Notes: generated from the sequence alone by a model not told the origin. A DNA stretch of 64,000 bases from Bacteroidota bacterium (GCA_029974985.1 JARKQC010000227.1:88192-152191), one strand, 5' to 3'. Shown: positions 49,670 to 60,265, numbered from the stretch's first letter. Program-made: numbers and translations.

Positions 49670-51868
49670 CTACATCTTCACAAACTTTTCTACCTTATCG
49701 CCTATTTTTATAAAATAAGTGCCTCGCGGCAAATTTGAAATATCTATTCTATTAATGTCGTCTGTAAGCTTTTGTTTAAAGACGACAAGCCCTAATAAAT
49801 CAACTATTTGTACTTCACGGGAGAGTAAACCTGCTTCTTTATCTATCGAAATATTGATAAAATCACCTGCGGGATTGGGATAAATATTTGTTGTTGATTT
49901 TTCATTATATATTATATTAGTAATATATGGTTTTGGTAAAACTGTGATTTGGACAGTATCAGTAATAACAGATTTGCAACCATTGAAATGGTGTACTTTT
50001 GCAAAATAATAACCCGAATGCCCATAATGTATGTCTTGTATATAATTATACCACATACCATAATCGGCTTCTGACTTGTCTATTAATCTTGGTTCTTTTG
50101 ACAAAAAAGGCATATAGTACAATTCAACTTCTATTGGTAATTGTGGCTCATTGTTAAACCAGAGTGTAAAAATTGTATCTTTTTCACCAAAATAAAATGT
50201 ATTGTTTATAGCTTGCTTTTTTATTGCGGGTCTTGGTTTTATTGTAAAATTATAACACAACATATGGCTAATGGATACTGGTATTAATTTACCTGAATCA
50301 TCATAATAACTAATTTCACCCCTTAAATTAAAAAATGTATTATCAACTCTTCTTAAATTTTTAAAATGTAATGTAGGGGTATCGTAACCATAATAAAAAT
50401 TTGTATCAGATAAATACCTGCCATTTCCAGTCCAATACAACTTCAAATTAAGATAATCTAAACTAGGACCTGGAAAAATGTATTGTGTAATAGAAGTTGT
50501 ATCACCCTCGCACAACACCCGATATTGCCACCAAGGGTCTCTATTTTTAAAATCATTCAAATTATCTTTTATACTTAAAGTATCTGAATACGCAACTCCA
50601 CATTTATTATATAATCCAACACTATATTTTGCTTTTATATCTTTGATATCAAACATGTGAATTAAAGAAAACATTCCGGGCATAGAATCATTAATAATAT
50701 TATTATAAGACGCGTATTCATCTTCAAAAAATCTATGTTCAGAATGAATTTTATTATTTTTAAAAAATTTAATAGTACCTTTGTTACAATTAAGATTGAA
50801 ATATACGGAACCACTTGTAATTGTAAAACTAAAAAAAGATAATAAGGTAGTTAAATCATCTATTCTAAAAGCAATTATCTCAGGCTTGGAACAAACAGAA
50901 ATTTTAGCTTTGTTTGAAAAAATTGAATATTTAGTCCCTTTGATTTTTGCTTCAATCTGATATGTGCCTTCATCGTTTTTATTGACTGGTGAAAAAAATA
51001 ATTCATCTGTAAATATACCTCTAATATTGTCCTTGTATCCTATAAATTTATTATTCTTATACCATTTGAATTCTAATTCATAATTATTAGGATTGTCTAT
51101 TATTGCTTTTATACTCTCATCGTTACCACTACAAAAATCTAAATCTGGTATAACAATATTAAAATATAAATTATTTTTTATTATTCTTACTATTCTCGTC
51201 TTTTCTATACCGCATTGACCTTCGATTTCTGCATAATAATAACAAGTATCTGCAATTTGTGATATATCAATACTTAATTTATTGCTATGTACACCATTAT
51301 ATATATTATCATTATTTAGGATTATATTATTATTATTTAAAAGTTGATACCACTGAATATTGACAAACTCACCCATTTGTTTGATTTCATTTATACTATA
51401 ACCGTTTATATGAGCATCGAATTCAAGAATTATACTACCTTGATCTGTTATTAATTCAATATCTTCTGGTTGTTTTGTAATATTTGTTGAACTTAATACA
51501 TACACAGCCGCACCAATACTATTTATAGATTCACCATTATTGTTTGAAATCATACAATAATACACCCCAGATTCGCTATGCTTTAATGAATTAAATTTTA
51601 ATATGGGGGTGGTTTTGCCTTGTTTAATTATATTATCTTTATACCATTGAAATTGAAGTGATTGATTTGAAACCGAATAAGCCGAAACCGATATAATAGC
51701 AGTCTCGCCTTCGCATATTCTTTTTGAATTAGGCTGTTGTGTAATAATAATATCATTTGCTATTAAAACATTACTAATACAAAATAAATTTAATAATATT
51801 AAAAATAGAGTAATATTATTTCTATTCATATTATATTTAAACCAGATATTTGAAATATTTGATTTCAT
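49670..51868 (-). CDS. T9SS-sorted multi-Ig-domain protein
   Basis: IITQQP, FQWYKD..SGVYYC Ig repeats; IYPNPA..LPRGTYFIKIGDKVEKFVKM. Confidence 0.88.
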   Translation of the reverse strand: MKSNISNIWFKYNMNRNNITLFLILLNLFCISNVLIANDIIITQQPNSKRICEGETAIISVSAYSVSNQSLQFQWYKDNIIKQGKTTPILKFNSLKHSESGVYYCMISNNNGESINSIGAAVYVLSSTNITKQPEDIELITDQGSIILEFDAHINGYSINEIKQMGEFVNIQWYQLLNNNNIILNNDNIYNGVHSNKLSIDISQIADTCYYYAEIEGQCGIEKTRIVRIIKNNLYFNIVIPDLDFCSGNDESIKAIIDNPNNYELEFKWYKNNKFIGYKDNIRGIFTDELFFSPVNKNDEGTYQIEAKIKGTKYSIFSNKAKISVCSKPEIIAFRIDDLTTLLSFFSFTITSGSVYFNLNCNKGTIKFFKNNKIHSEHRFFEDEYASYNNIINDSMPGMFSLIHMFDIKDIKAKYSVGLYNKCGVAYSDTLSIKDNLNDFKNRDPWWQYRVLCEGDTTSITQYIFPGPSLDYLNLKLYWTGNGRYLSDTNFYYGYDTPTLHFKNLRRVDNTFFNLRGEISYYDDSGKLIPVSISHMLCYNFTIKPRPAIKKQAINNTFYFGEKDTIFTLWFNNEPQLPIEVELYYMPFLSKEPRLIDKSEADYGMWYNYIQDIHYGHSGYYFAKVHHFNGCKSVITDTVQITVLPKPYITNIIYNEKSTTNIYPNPAGDFINISIDKEAGLLSREVQIVDLLGLVVFKQKLTDDINRIDISNLPRGTYFIKIGDKVEKFVKM

Positions 51869-51933
51869 TTTTATAATCCATATAAATTATTTTCTTTAAA
51901 TAACTATTTTTTTTCTAACCTAATAATTTTTAA

Positions 51934-52026
51934 AAATATTTTTCTTTTAATACGAAACAAGCAAGTTGCTTGTCCTACCACGATTTCTTCGGACGTTCTA
52001 CACTTCAAAAGTGTAGTTGAGAAGTT
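51934..52026. repeat. 93-bp direct repeat, copy 1 (upstream of the Ig-domain gene)
   Basis: Matches 53504-53596 with 3 mismatches by manual alignment; contains REP-like hairpins. Confidence 0.9.
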
Positions 52027-52066
52027 CATTTGAGAAGTTTATAGACACCCATTGTCTTAGTTTCCC

Positions 52067-52187
52067 AGTTGTCCTATACTTCCAAAGTGTAGGACAACTT
52101 TTTTATCACATCACCCAAACCCTCTCCAAAAGAGAGGACTTATTCGTTTCCTCCCCATCTCCATTGGAGAAGGGGCTGGGGGTTGAG
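52067..52187. repeat. GTAG-type REP hairpin plus CCCTCTCC..GGAGAAGGGG-type repeat
   Basis: agttgtcctatacttccaaagtgtaggacaact (52067-52099); tcacccaaaccctctccaaaagagagg..ccccatctccattggagaaggggctgggggttgag (52111-52187). Confidence 0.75.
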
Positions 52188-52194
52188 ATTATTT

Positions 52195-52288
52195 TTACAT
52201 CTTCACAAACTTCTCAACCTTATCGCCTATTTTTATAAAATAAGTACCTCGCGGCAAATTGGAAATATCAATCCTATTATTGCCGTCT
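52195..52288 (-). pseudogene. Orphan T9SS tail, paralogous to the 3' end of 49670-51868
   Basis: DGNNRIDISNLPRGTYFIKIGDKVEKFVKM*; out of frame with the upstream gene, overlapping its TAG. Confidence 0.9.
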
Positions 52289-53198
52289 ATTTTATAATTT
52301 TTACTTCTCCGTTAACAAATATTTTTTCATTATTTTTTATAAAAAATAAATACTGATTATTAAGCCAATTCTTTGATTCAAAGTTTAACAGTGCATCTGT
52401 CTCATTTTTTATAAAATCCTCAGAATATATTAATTGACCTAAAATATCATAAAATTCAATTATAAACCTACCTTTAATATTTGAACTAAATAAAATACTA
52501 AATTTTTCGGCTGATGGATTTGGATAAACAATAGCTTTATCAACTATTTCAGTATTGTTAAGTAAATTATATTCTGTATTATCTTTCCATAAATGAAGAT
52601 CCTCACAAATTGATATACATCCGATACTTTCACATTGAAACGTTATACCATATTGACTAATTAACACTGGTACAGAATATAGTCCAGAAATTTCTCTTTT
52701 AATTTTCCATATTTGCCTACAACAATGATTTTCATTACAAGGGTACAATCCTAATGAATGTGATGGATTATAAATATCCTTAGTCCAACAACCTCCATAA
52801 TTAATTGAAATAAAAGATGTCGAATCACCAGGTTGTAATCCAATTCCACACTCTGAGAACTTTGCCACTTTCTCTAAAAGCCTTATGACAGCTTCTTGTG
52901 TTACCCAAAAAAGTGGTAGTTGATTTAAGGCAGGTCCACAACCGTATCTATCTAATACTATTAATGAATCAAATTTGTAATCACACCAATTTATACTAAG
53001 CTCTGGACAATCAAGATATCGATAAGAATAATATATACCCACTTTACAATTTGGAAAAATAAAATCATAAATTTCTTCATATCCATGAAATTGCCAATCA
53101 ACATCTGGGCATAAAAATTTACAATCTTCACTTTTAGATATTACAATATTAAAAAATAAATTTAATATTATTAAAATATAAATATATTTGATTTTCAT
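52287..53198 (-). CDS. Cys-rich T9SS-sorted protein
   Basis: Signal peptide, 14 Cys in the ~180-aa mature domain, VYPNPS..FYDILGQL sorting domain. Confidence 0.82.
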   Translation of the reverse strand: MKIKYIYILIILNLFFNIVISKSEDCKFLCPDVDWQFHGYEEIYDFIFPNCKVGIYYSYRYLDCPELSINWCDYKFDSLIVLDRYGCGPALNQLPLFWVTQEAVIRLLEKVAKFSECGIGLQPGDSTSFISINYGGCWTKDIYNPSHSLGLYPCNENHCCRQIWKIKREISGLYSVPVLISQYGITFQCESIGCISICEDLHLWKDNTEYNLLNNTEIVDKAIVYPNPSAEKFSILFSSNIKGRFIIEFYDILGQLIYSEDFIKNETDALLNFESKNWLNNQYLFFIKNNEKIFVNGEVKIIK

Positions 53199-53364
53199 AA
53201 TAATTATCCTTTACAAAATTTTTAATAAAAAAAACTCTAAAATAAATACTTCAAAATATTCAAAACTTCGATGTATTTATATTATTGCTGGACCGCGAGC
53301 CCACCTTTGGTACTTATGTACTTGTTTAGATTTATTAAAATATAATAAGAATTGATGCGTCTCT

Positions 53365-53396
53365 TCGAAGTATCGAAGTATCGAAGTATCGAAGTA
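53365..53396. repeat. Tandem octamer (TCGAAGTA)x4 inside a putative minus-strand leader ORF (53282-53434)
   Basis: Directly visible; leader MNFKLANLIFKQYTSILRYFDTSKRR... Confidence 0.85.
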
Positions 53397-53503
53397 TATT
53401 GTTTAAATATCAAATTTGCTAATTTAAAATTCATTTCTTTTTTTCTCAAAAATATCTTTTGTAAAGATAACACTTTTTTAATTATTTACCAAATTTTATT
53501 TAC

Positions 53504-53622
53504 AAATATTTTTCTTTTAATACGAAACAAGCAAGTTGCTTGTTCTACCACGATTTCTTCAGACGTTCTACACCTCAAAAGTGTAGTTGAGAAGTTTTTA
53601 TACAACGGGGCATGCCCCATTG
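53504..53622. repeat. 93-bp direct repeat, copy 2 (53504-53596), followed by CAACGGGGCATGCCCCATTG palindrome
   Basis: Matches 51934-52026; palindrome matches 46975-46994 with 1 mismatch. Confidence 0.9.
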
Positions 53623-53825
53623 TCTCAGTTTTCTCAGATTTTCAAATAACTTTTTTTAAATTACACATTCTCTATAATGTAATAACACATCAAAATCAAA
53701 AATGTCTCAAATTTTTCAAAAAAAAGTGAAAAAAAACGTATTTTTTTAAAAAAATACAATAATTATATTATTATTTACTCAAAATAGCATTAATTAATGA
53801 ATTTTTAATATTATCAAGGTTTTAA

Positions 53826-56297
53826 ATGAAAAAAATTATAAAATTTTTATTTATATCTCAATTCATTATTTTTTCTCCACTACTTTTTTCACAAAGTAAA
53901 GATGAAAAAATTACAGAACGATCATATATAAGCTCAGAAGTAACGGTAATTGGCTCTAAATCAAATAGTCTAAGAACTGTAACAAGTAGCGCTGTTCCAA
54001 TAGATATTATTAATAGTGATGAAATTGCACAAAGCGGTGCAACGGAATTAACGCAATTAATAAATTATATTATCCCGTCATTTTCGAGTGAGCGACAAAC
54101 TTTTGCTGATGGAAATGATCATAGCGAGCCCGCAACACTACGAAATTTAGGTCCCGACCAAGTACTTGTATTAATAAATGGTAAAAGAAGGCATAGGACT
54201 TCGCTTGTAACAGTAACTCCCGTTGTCGGAAAAGGTAGTGTAGGAGTTGATTTTAATACAATTCCAATAAATTCTATTGATAGAATCGAGGTTTTACGCG
54301 ATGGTGCGGCTACTCAATACGGTAGCGATGCGATAGCGGGCGTAATCAATATTATTCTAAAAAATAGCACTAATAATTTAACGATGAACGCAATTTCGGG
54401 TATCACTTCGCAAGGCGACGGATTTTTCTACAATGCCGGATTTAACTATGGTTTTAATTTGCCCAAAAATGGATTTTTCAATATTAGTATTGACGCTAAG
54501 AAAAGAGAGCCGACTAATAGAAATGGAGATTATAATGGATTAGTTTTCCGTTCTCCGGATCAAGATAGTTTATCATTCGAGGAAAATTTTCAATTAGATA
54601 ATCAAATTTTAGAAATGAAAGGGTTGAAACGCTCTGATTTTAATTTAAAAATTGGAAATTCTGATATGATGAATATTGGTACAATGTTCAATTCTGAACT
54701 TCCAATAAACGATAATTTTAAATTGTATGGATTTGGAGGTTTGAATTATAGAGATAGCAAGGCGCCGGGCTATTATCGTTTGCCAAATGATATTCGGAAT
54801 AATACAGCTATTTATCCAAATGGATTTTTACCATATTTACGTTCAAAAATTTCGGATTATTCTTTTGCTATTGGTACAAAATATAATTCTGATACTTGGT
54901 TTATTGATATTAGTAATTCTTTTGGTACTAATAATTTTCATTTTTTTGTTGAAAATTCGCTTAATCGCGCTTATGGCGACTCGACTCCAACAAATTTCGA
55001 TGCGGGATTACTTGGATTTATCCAAAATTCGCTCAATATAGATTTTTCTAAAAATATGGAAAGTATCATTGGAATAAGTAAAAGCTATTTGAATTTTGGG
55101 GCTGAATTTAGATATGAATCATACAAGCAAACTAAGGGCGAGCTTGCATCTTATTACGCTCCCAATCCAAATTTTGAACCCGGTTCGCAGGTATTTCCGG
55201 GATTTGCTCCACAAAATGAAATAAATAAATCTGCTATTTCTATTGCAGGATATCTCGATTTAGAGGGAAATATAACTGAAAACTGGTTTATTAATTTAGG
55301 CACAAGATATGAAAATTATGATAGCGATAATTCTGCAATAGTTGGTAAAATCGCGTCTATTTATAAATTTTATGAGGAGTTCTTTAATTTAAGATTTTCA
55401 ATTGGAAGCGGATATCGAATGCCATCGCTTCAACAGAGATTTTATAATAAAAATAATACACAATTTGTGAATTTTGGTACTGGATTTTTCCCCGTTGAAA
55501 TTGCAACTCTAACTAATGATAATGAAGTTGTTAAAGCATTAGGTTTCCCCGAGTTAAAAGCCGAACAATCAATGAATTATTCTCTTGGATTTACTTCTCA
55601 ACTATCAAATAATACAAGTTTGACTCTTGACGCATATTTTATTGAAATTAATGATAGAATCGTTCTTTCGGGATTATTTACTAAATTCGATCCATATATC
55701 GCAGAATTAATAAAAAATATACCGGGTGCCGATGCTTTCCAATTCTTTACAAATGCTATAAATACAAGAACAAAGGGCATTGATATCGTATTAAATCAAA
55801 AATTTGATTTATCTAATTATGGAAATCTTAATATTACTATTGCGGCAAATATTTCTGAAACAAGTTTGTTTGGAAATATAAAAACATCAAACACTTTGCC
55901 AGACTCTGTTTATGCAAGTAGTATATTTAGTAGAGAAGAAATTGCACGTTTAGAAAATGGGCAGCCAAATAACAAAATATTAACTTCGCTTAATTATAAT
56001 TATGAAAAATTAAATGTTGATTTGTCATTTATTAGATATGGCGAGGTAATCCACAAGTTAGAAGACCCTAATCTCGACCAAATTTTTAGCGGAAAATGGA
56101 TAAGTAATTTATTGATAAAATATAGATTTATTGATAATTTTACATTAAAATTTAATATACAAAATTTATTTGATGTTTATCCCGATGAAAATAAAGAAAT
56201 TATGCGTGATTATGGAAGATTTCCATATAATACAGCGGTTACACAATTCGGTTTAAATGGACGGACTATTATTGCGGGAATAGAATTAAATATATAA
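53826..56297 (+). CDS. TonB-dependent receptor
   Basis: Plug LRNLGPDQVLVLINGKRRH, IDRIEVLRDGAATQYGSDAIAGVINII; NLFDVYP..GRTIIAGIELNI. Confidence 0.95.
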   Translation: MKKIIKFLFISQFIIFSPLLFSQSKDEKITERSYISSEVTVIGSKSNSLRTVTSSAVPIDIINSDEIAQSGATELTQLINYIIPSFSSERQTFADGNDHSEPATLRNLGPDQVLVLINGKRRHRTSLVTVTPVVGKGSVGVDFNTIPINSIDRIEVLRDGAATQYGSDAIAGVINIILKNSTNNLTMNAISGITSQGDGFFYNAGFNYGFNLPKNGFFNISIDAKKREPTNRNGDYNGLVFRSPDQDSLSFEENFQLDNQILEMKGLKRSDFNLKIGNSDMMNIGTMFNSELPINDNFKLYGFGGLNYRDSKAPGYYRLPNDIRNNTAIYPNGFLPYLRSKISDYSFAIGTKYNSDTWFIDISNSFGTNNFHFFVENSLNRAYGDSTPTNFDAGLLGFIQNSLNIDFSKNMESIIGISKSYLNFGAEFRYESYKQTKGELASYYAPNPNFEPGSQVFPGFAPQNEINKSAISIAGYLDLEGNITENWFINLGTRYENYDSDNSAIVGKIASIYKFYEEFFNLRFSIGSGYRMPSLQQRFYNKNNTQFVNFGTGFFPVEIATLTNDNEVVKALGFPELKAEQSMNYSLGFTSQLSNNTSLTLDAYFIEINDRIVLSGLFTKFDPYIAELIKNIPGADAFQFFTNAINTRTKGIDIVLNQKFDLSNYGNLNITIAANISETSLFGNIKTSNTLPDSVYASSIFSREEIARLENGQPNNKILTSLNYNYEKLNVDLSFIRYGEVIHKLEDPNLDQIFSGKWISNLLIKYRFIDNFTLKFNIQNLFDVYPDENKEIMRDYGRFPYNTAVTQFGLNGRTIIAGIELNI

Positions 56298-56345
56298 TAT
56301 AGATAAATCTCTTATAACAAAAGAGCCTATCAAAAATATTATTAA

Positions 56346-57542
56346 TTATTTATTTTTATTTATCACATCATTATAAACCTGTTCAGTTTTTGAAATATAT
56401 TTTTCAAAATTAAAATGCTTATCAATTAAATCTTTAGTATCGCTTTTTAAGTCAAATAAAATATTATCATTACTAATAAGATAATTAATTTCTTGAGCTA
56501 ATTCTTTGGGATTATTAAAATTACTTTTTTTACAACACTTATAACCATTATAATAATTTTGATGATAGGATTCCTCGGATATTAAAGCAGGGACACCTAA
56601 ATTGATAGCATCTAATGCTGCCATACCATGTGATTCGGAATAAGATGATAAAATGAACAAATCAGAACTTAATAATATTTCATTTTTTTCATCACCAAAA
56701 ATCCCATTCTTAAGTTTTATATAATCACCTGCATTATTATTAATAATCATATTGTTTAATTTGTCTAAATATCCTTTTTCAGAAGGTCCGTAAATTAAAT
56801 AAATAAAATTTTTATTAATTTTATATAGTTCAGTCATCACATTTATTGCTCTATCAAATCCCTTAATATGACTAAGCCTTTCAACCGAAATAAATATTTT
56901 TCTATTTTCATTGGGGAAATATTTATTCTTATATTTAGCTTTACTATTTTCATCATAAAATAAAGGGCGGATGCCATTAGGAATTTCAATAATTATTTTT
57001 GTTGGATATTTTTCTTGAATTTCCATAGTTTCATTATAGGAAGTTGATATAAATAATTCTGTATTTTCTAAAATTGGTTTATTTATATATAAAGCTAAAT
57101 TTCTCAAAAAATATAAAGGATGAAAAATATTTAAATATTTAAAAATTAATGTACCGTGTGGCTTAATTATATAAGGTATTTTATGCTTTTTAATATATTT
57201 ATAAATAGGTTTTAAAAAAAGAAAAGAATATACATCTGCAAAATGCACAATATCAAATTTAGAAATATTTTCTTTTGCCCATTTAGAAACTTTCGAACCA
57301 TTATAAAAATTAAGATGTTTTGCTAACAAATTACTATAATTTCTGAATCGAACGACTTCAACACCATTGATTGTCTCTGTTTTTATTGGATTTCTTCTTT
57401 TATTATCAAAAACATCTGTAGTAATAACAGTAACTTTATGAGCATTTTTTGCAATACCTTCAGCTAAATCACTTGTAGTTCGTGGAATACCACCATAGGA
57501 AAATGCGGGAGTGTAATATGGAGTTATATATAATATGTTCAT
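56346..57542 (-). CDS. Glycosyltransferase family 4
   Basis: YTPAFSYGGIP, PHGTL, IPNGI, RLSHIKG, SYSESHGMAALDA. Confidence 0.9.
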   Translation of the reverse strand: MNILYITPYYTPAFSYGGIPRTTSDLAEGIAKNAHKVTVITTDVFDNKRRNPIKTETINGVEVVRFRNYSNLLAKHLNFYNGSKVSKWAKENISKFDIVHFADVYSFLFLKPIYKYIKKHKIPYIIKPHGTLIFKYLNIFHPLYFLRNLALYINKPILENTELFISTSYNETMEIQEKYPTKIIIEIPNGIRPLFYDENSKAKYKNKYFPNENRKIFISVERLSHIKGFDRAINVMTELYKINKNFIYLIYGPSEKGYLDKLNNMIINNNAGDYIKLKNGIFGDEKNEILLSSDLFILSSYSESHGMAALDAINLGVPALISEESYHQNYYNGYKCCKKSNFNNPKELAQEINYLISNDNILFDLKSDTKDLIDKHFNFEKYISKTEQVYNDVINKNK

Positions 57543-57633
57543 TTTTTGAAATTTTGATAACTGAGTATAAAAAAATTTTAAGCTAAATTATTTTCAAATT
57601 AGTTCATTATTAGTATATAAAAATAAAAAATTT

Positions 57634-57718
57634 GTAGGATAAGCATTAATGCCATACTGAACGAAATGAAAAATCTATCTTTTAAATTACTTGGTTTCTT
57701 CATTTCGATTAAAACGAC
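57634..57718. repeat. Degenerate REP-like remnants
   Basis: GTAGGATAAGCATT (as at 46888) and cgaaatgaa..ttcatttcg inverted repeat. Confidence 0.45.
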
Positions 57719-57848
57719 TATCAATTTACGTGTATCAATCAATAAAATATACACTCAAATACAATATTTAGTATAAAAAAGTAGGAAAAAAGACTGAATC
57801 ATTAAAAATGAGACAGTCCCTTTTTAAAAATTATTTACTAATTTTGAA

Positions 57849-59093
57849 TTAAATCATTTTTAGTTCTTTCCCAACTTTGATAAATGCAGTAATTGCTTTA
57901 TCTAAATGTTCATCATTATGTGCCGCCGAAATCTGAACTCTAATCCTATCTTTGCCTCGCGGAACAACGGGAAAAGAAAATGCAGTAACATAAATGCCTT
58001 CTTCGAGCATACGATTTGCAAATTCAACAGCAAGAGCAGAGCAGTTTTCGTATTTACCAAACATTATTGGAGTAATAGGATGGTCGCCCGGAATAATATC
58101 AAAACCTGCATCGGTCATCTCTTTTCTAAATCTTTTTGTGTTATTTTCGAGTTTATCTCTAAGCTCGGTGCTTGCTGAAAGTATATCAAGGCATTTGATT
58201 GTAGCGCCAACTATTGCTGGAGCGAGTGAATTTGAAAATAGATATGGTCGTCCTTTATTACGCATCCAATCAATGATTTCTTTTCTTCCTGAAATACAAC
58301 CACCAGAAGCTCCGCCTAATGCTTTACCAAAAGTAGTTGTAATAATATCTATTCTACTCATAACATTATGATATTCGTGAGTTCCGCGTCCTTTTTTGCC
58401 CATAAATCCACTTGCATGGCTATCATCAACCATAACAAGAGCATCGTATTTTTCAGCTAAATCACAAATATCTTTTAAACGTGCTATATCGCCATCCATC
58501 GAAAAAACACCATCGGTAGCGATTACTTTAAACCTGCAATTTTTTTCGTTAGCTTCTTTTAAACAACGCTCTAAACCTTTTAATTCTTTGCCAGTTGCGG
58601 GGTCTAATTCCTCTATATCTCTCATATCAGAATGTTTATAAACCCAACGTTGTGCTTTTGACAAGCGAATACCATCTATTATTGATGCATGATTTAGAGC
58701 ATCCGTAATTATTGCATCTTCTGGTCCGAATAATGGCTCGAAGACAGCGGCGTTTGCGTCGAAAGCGGCACAAAATAGAATTGTGTCATCTGTACCTAAA
58801 AATTCAGAAACTTTTTTTTCGAGTGTTTTATGAATATCTTGAGTTCCACAGATAAATCTTACGGATGACATACCAAATCCACGTTCGTCAATCATTTCGT
58901 GAGCGGCTTTAATAAGCTCGGGATGAGAAGATAGCCCAAGATAATTATTAGCACAAAAATTTAGTACTTTTTTATTATTAACTATTATTTCGGCACCTTG
59001 TGGCGATTCAATAATTCTTTCGTGTTTATATAATTTTTGTTCTTCGAGTGATTTAAGTTCTGAAGCCAAAAATTCTTTCATTTTTACGTACAT
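57849..59093 (-). CDS. kbl: Glycine C-acetyltransferase (2-amino-3-ketobutyrate CoA ligase)
   Basis: NFCANNYLGL, SSVRFICGTQDIH, DGVFSMDGD, TFGKALGGA, RIRVQISAAH. Confidence 0.96.
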   Translation of the reverse strand: MYVKMKEFLASELKSLEEQKLYKHERIIESPQGAEIIVNNKKVLNFCANNYLGLSSHPELIKAAHEMIDERGFGMSSVRFICGTQDIHKTLEKKVSEFLGTDDTILFCAAFDANAAVFEPLFGPEDAIITDALNHASIIDGIRLSKAQRWVYKHSDMRDIEELDPATGKELKGLERCLKEANEKNCRFKVIATDGVFSMDGDIARLKDICDLAEKYDALVMVDDSHASGFMGKKGRGTHEYHNVMSRIDIITTTFGKALGGASGGCISGRKEIIDWMRNKGRPYLFSNSLAPAIVGATIKCLDILSASTELRDKLENNTKRFRKEMTDAGFDIIPGDHPITPIMFGKYENCSALAVEFANRMLEEGIYVTAFSFPVVPRGKDRIRVQISAAHNDEHLDKAITAFIKVGKELKMI

Positions 59094-59113
59094 TTTTTTC
59101 TCCGTACAAATTA

Positions 59114-60265
59114 TTATAAATTCTTTTCTATTATATTAATTAATTGTGTATCCATATCGTCGGAATACCCAGATAAAGATTTAATAATTTTTCCATCTTT
59201 ATCAATTACAAATAAAGTTGGAAATCCCGTTACATTATATAAATGTGTTATTTCCTCACCATATTTTAATGAATTATATGTAATATTATGTTCTTTCATA
59301 AATTGTTTTGGGTCTGCATCGTTAGGCTCTTTACAGCTTATTCCAAGAACAATAACTTTTTTACCTTTAAAATGCTCGTGAACTGATTGAATTTTTGGCA
59401 TTGCTTTAACGCACCATTTACACCAAGTACCCCAAAAATCTAAAACTACTACATTTCCTCTTAATTTTGATAAAGTAATTACATTATTTTCTAAATCTTT
59501 AAGTGAAAAATCCTCTGCCATCTCACCAACTTTATCGCCTTCGGGTTCAGACTTGGGTGTAATTATTTCGCTTGTATATCCTTGTGGAGCAGATAATGTA
59601 AATAATGATTTATCAATACCTTGATTAATTTTAAAATTGCTAATTTCAAAAGTTGTAGATATTGTTTCCTCATCGCGAGTTTGCTTTCTTGTTTCTCTAA
59701 CTGGAATATTTGTTTCATTATCGAACCAAGTAGTAATAGTTTCAATTACTTTATTCTCATTAATTGGTAAAGTAGTTTCAACAACCGTAGTTTTCAAAGT
59801 TCCAATAGTAGCATTTTTATCTAAAATTATCATTTTGTCATTTCTTTCTTTAATGTTTTCAGTATAATCTTGATCAAGCATAACTAATTGAATTGCATAA
59901 GATATCCAACTACTTAAAATGAAGTTTTCAGCTTCGATTTCCTCACCAGATGTATAAAACTTTTTATTTTTATTATCGATATAATAATATTTTTTACCAT
60001 CATATAAACCAGTTCCAGTTTGAGTATCAAATTTTACAATAAAACCTAATTTAGAATCTTTATCTCGAATAATATTAATATTTATACTTGCATTTTGAAC
60101 ATCTTCTTTTGTTCTAAAAGTATATTTTGCAGTAAAAGTTGCATCATTAATTTTTAATGAGCTTTGATTTGCTTGAATAAAAAGCTCTTTACCCGTTTCT
60201 TCTTTATCACAAGAAATCAGAAATAAAAATATAAAAAATAAGCTTAATAATTTAAAAGATTTCAT
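59114..60265 (-). CDS. Lipoprotein: LolA-like N-terminal domain + TlpA/ResA thioredoxin
   Basis: LISC lipobox; LDFWGTWCKWC, GFPTLFVIDKDG. Confidence 0.88.
   Translation of the reverse strand: MKSFKLLSLFFIFLFLISCDKEETGKELFIQANQSSLKINDATFTAKYTFRTKEDVQNASININIIRDKDSKLGFIVKFDTQTGTGLYDGKKYYYIDNKNKKFYTSGEEIEAENFILSSWISYAIQLVMLDQDYTENIKERNDKMIILDKNATIGTLKTTVVETTLPINENKVIETITTWFDNETNIPVRETRKQTRDEETISTTFEISNFKINQGIDKSLFTLSAPQGYTSEIITPKSEPEGDKVGEMAEDFSLKDLENNVITLSKLRGNVVVLDFWGTWCKWCVKAMPKIQSVHEHFKGKKVIVLGISCKEPNDADPKQFMKEHNITYNSLKYGEEITHLYNVTGFPTLFVIDKDGKIIKSLSGYSDDMDTQLINIIEKNL

Noticed and set aside
49670-52288. Tail duplication as a DGR template/variable repeat pair
   Set aside because: Of 9 differences including the stop codon, 6 have A in the gene copy, but 3 do not fit one-directional adenine mutagenesis. 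Most are synonymous third positions, the region is a secretion signal, and no reverse transcriptase is in the window.
46888-53622. Repeats as a CRISPR array
   Set aside because: Irregular spacing with genes between copies, no constant-length spacers, no cas genes.
52017-53729. ORFs 52017-52238 and 53352-53729 as genes
   Set aside because: They are translations of REP and direct-repeat DNA.
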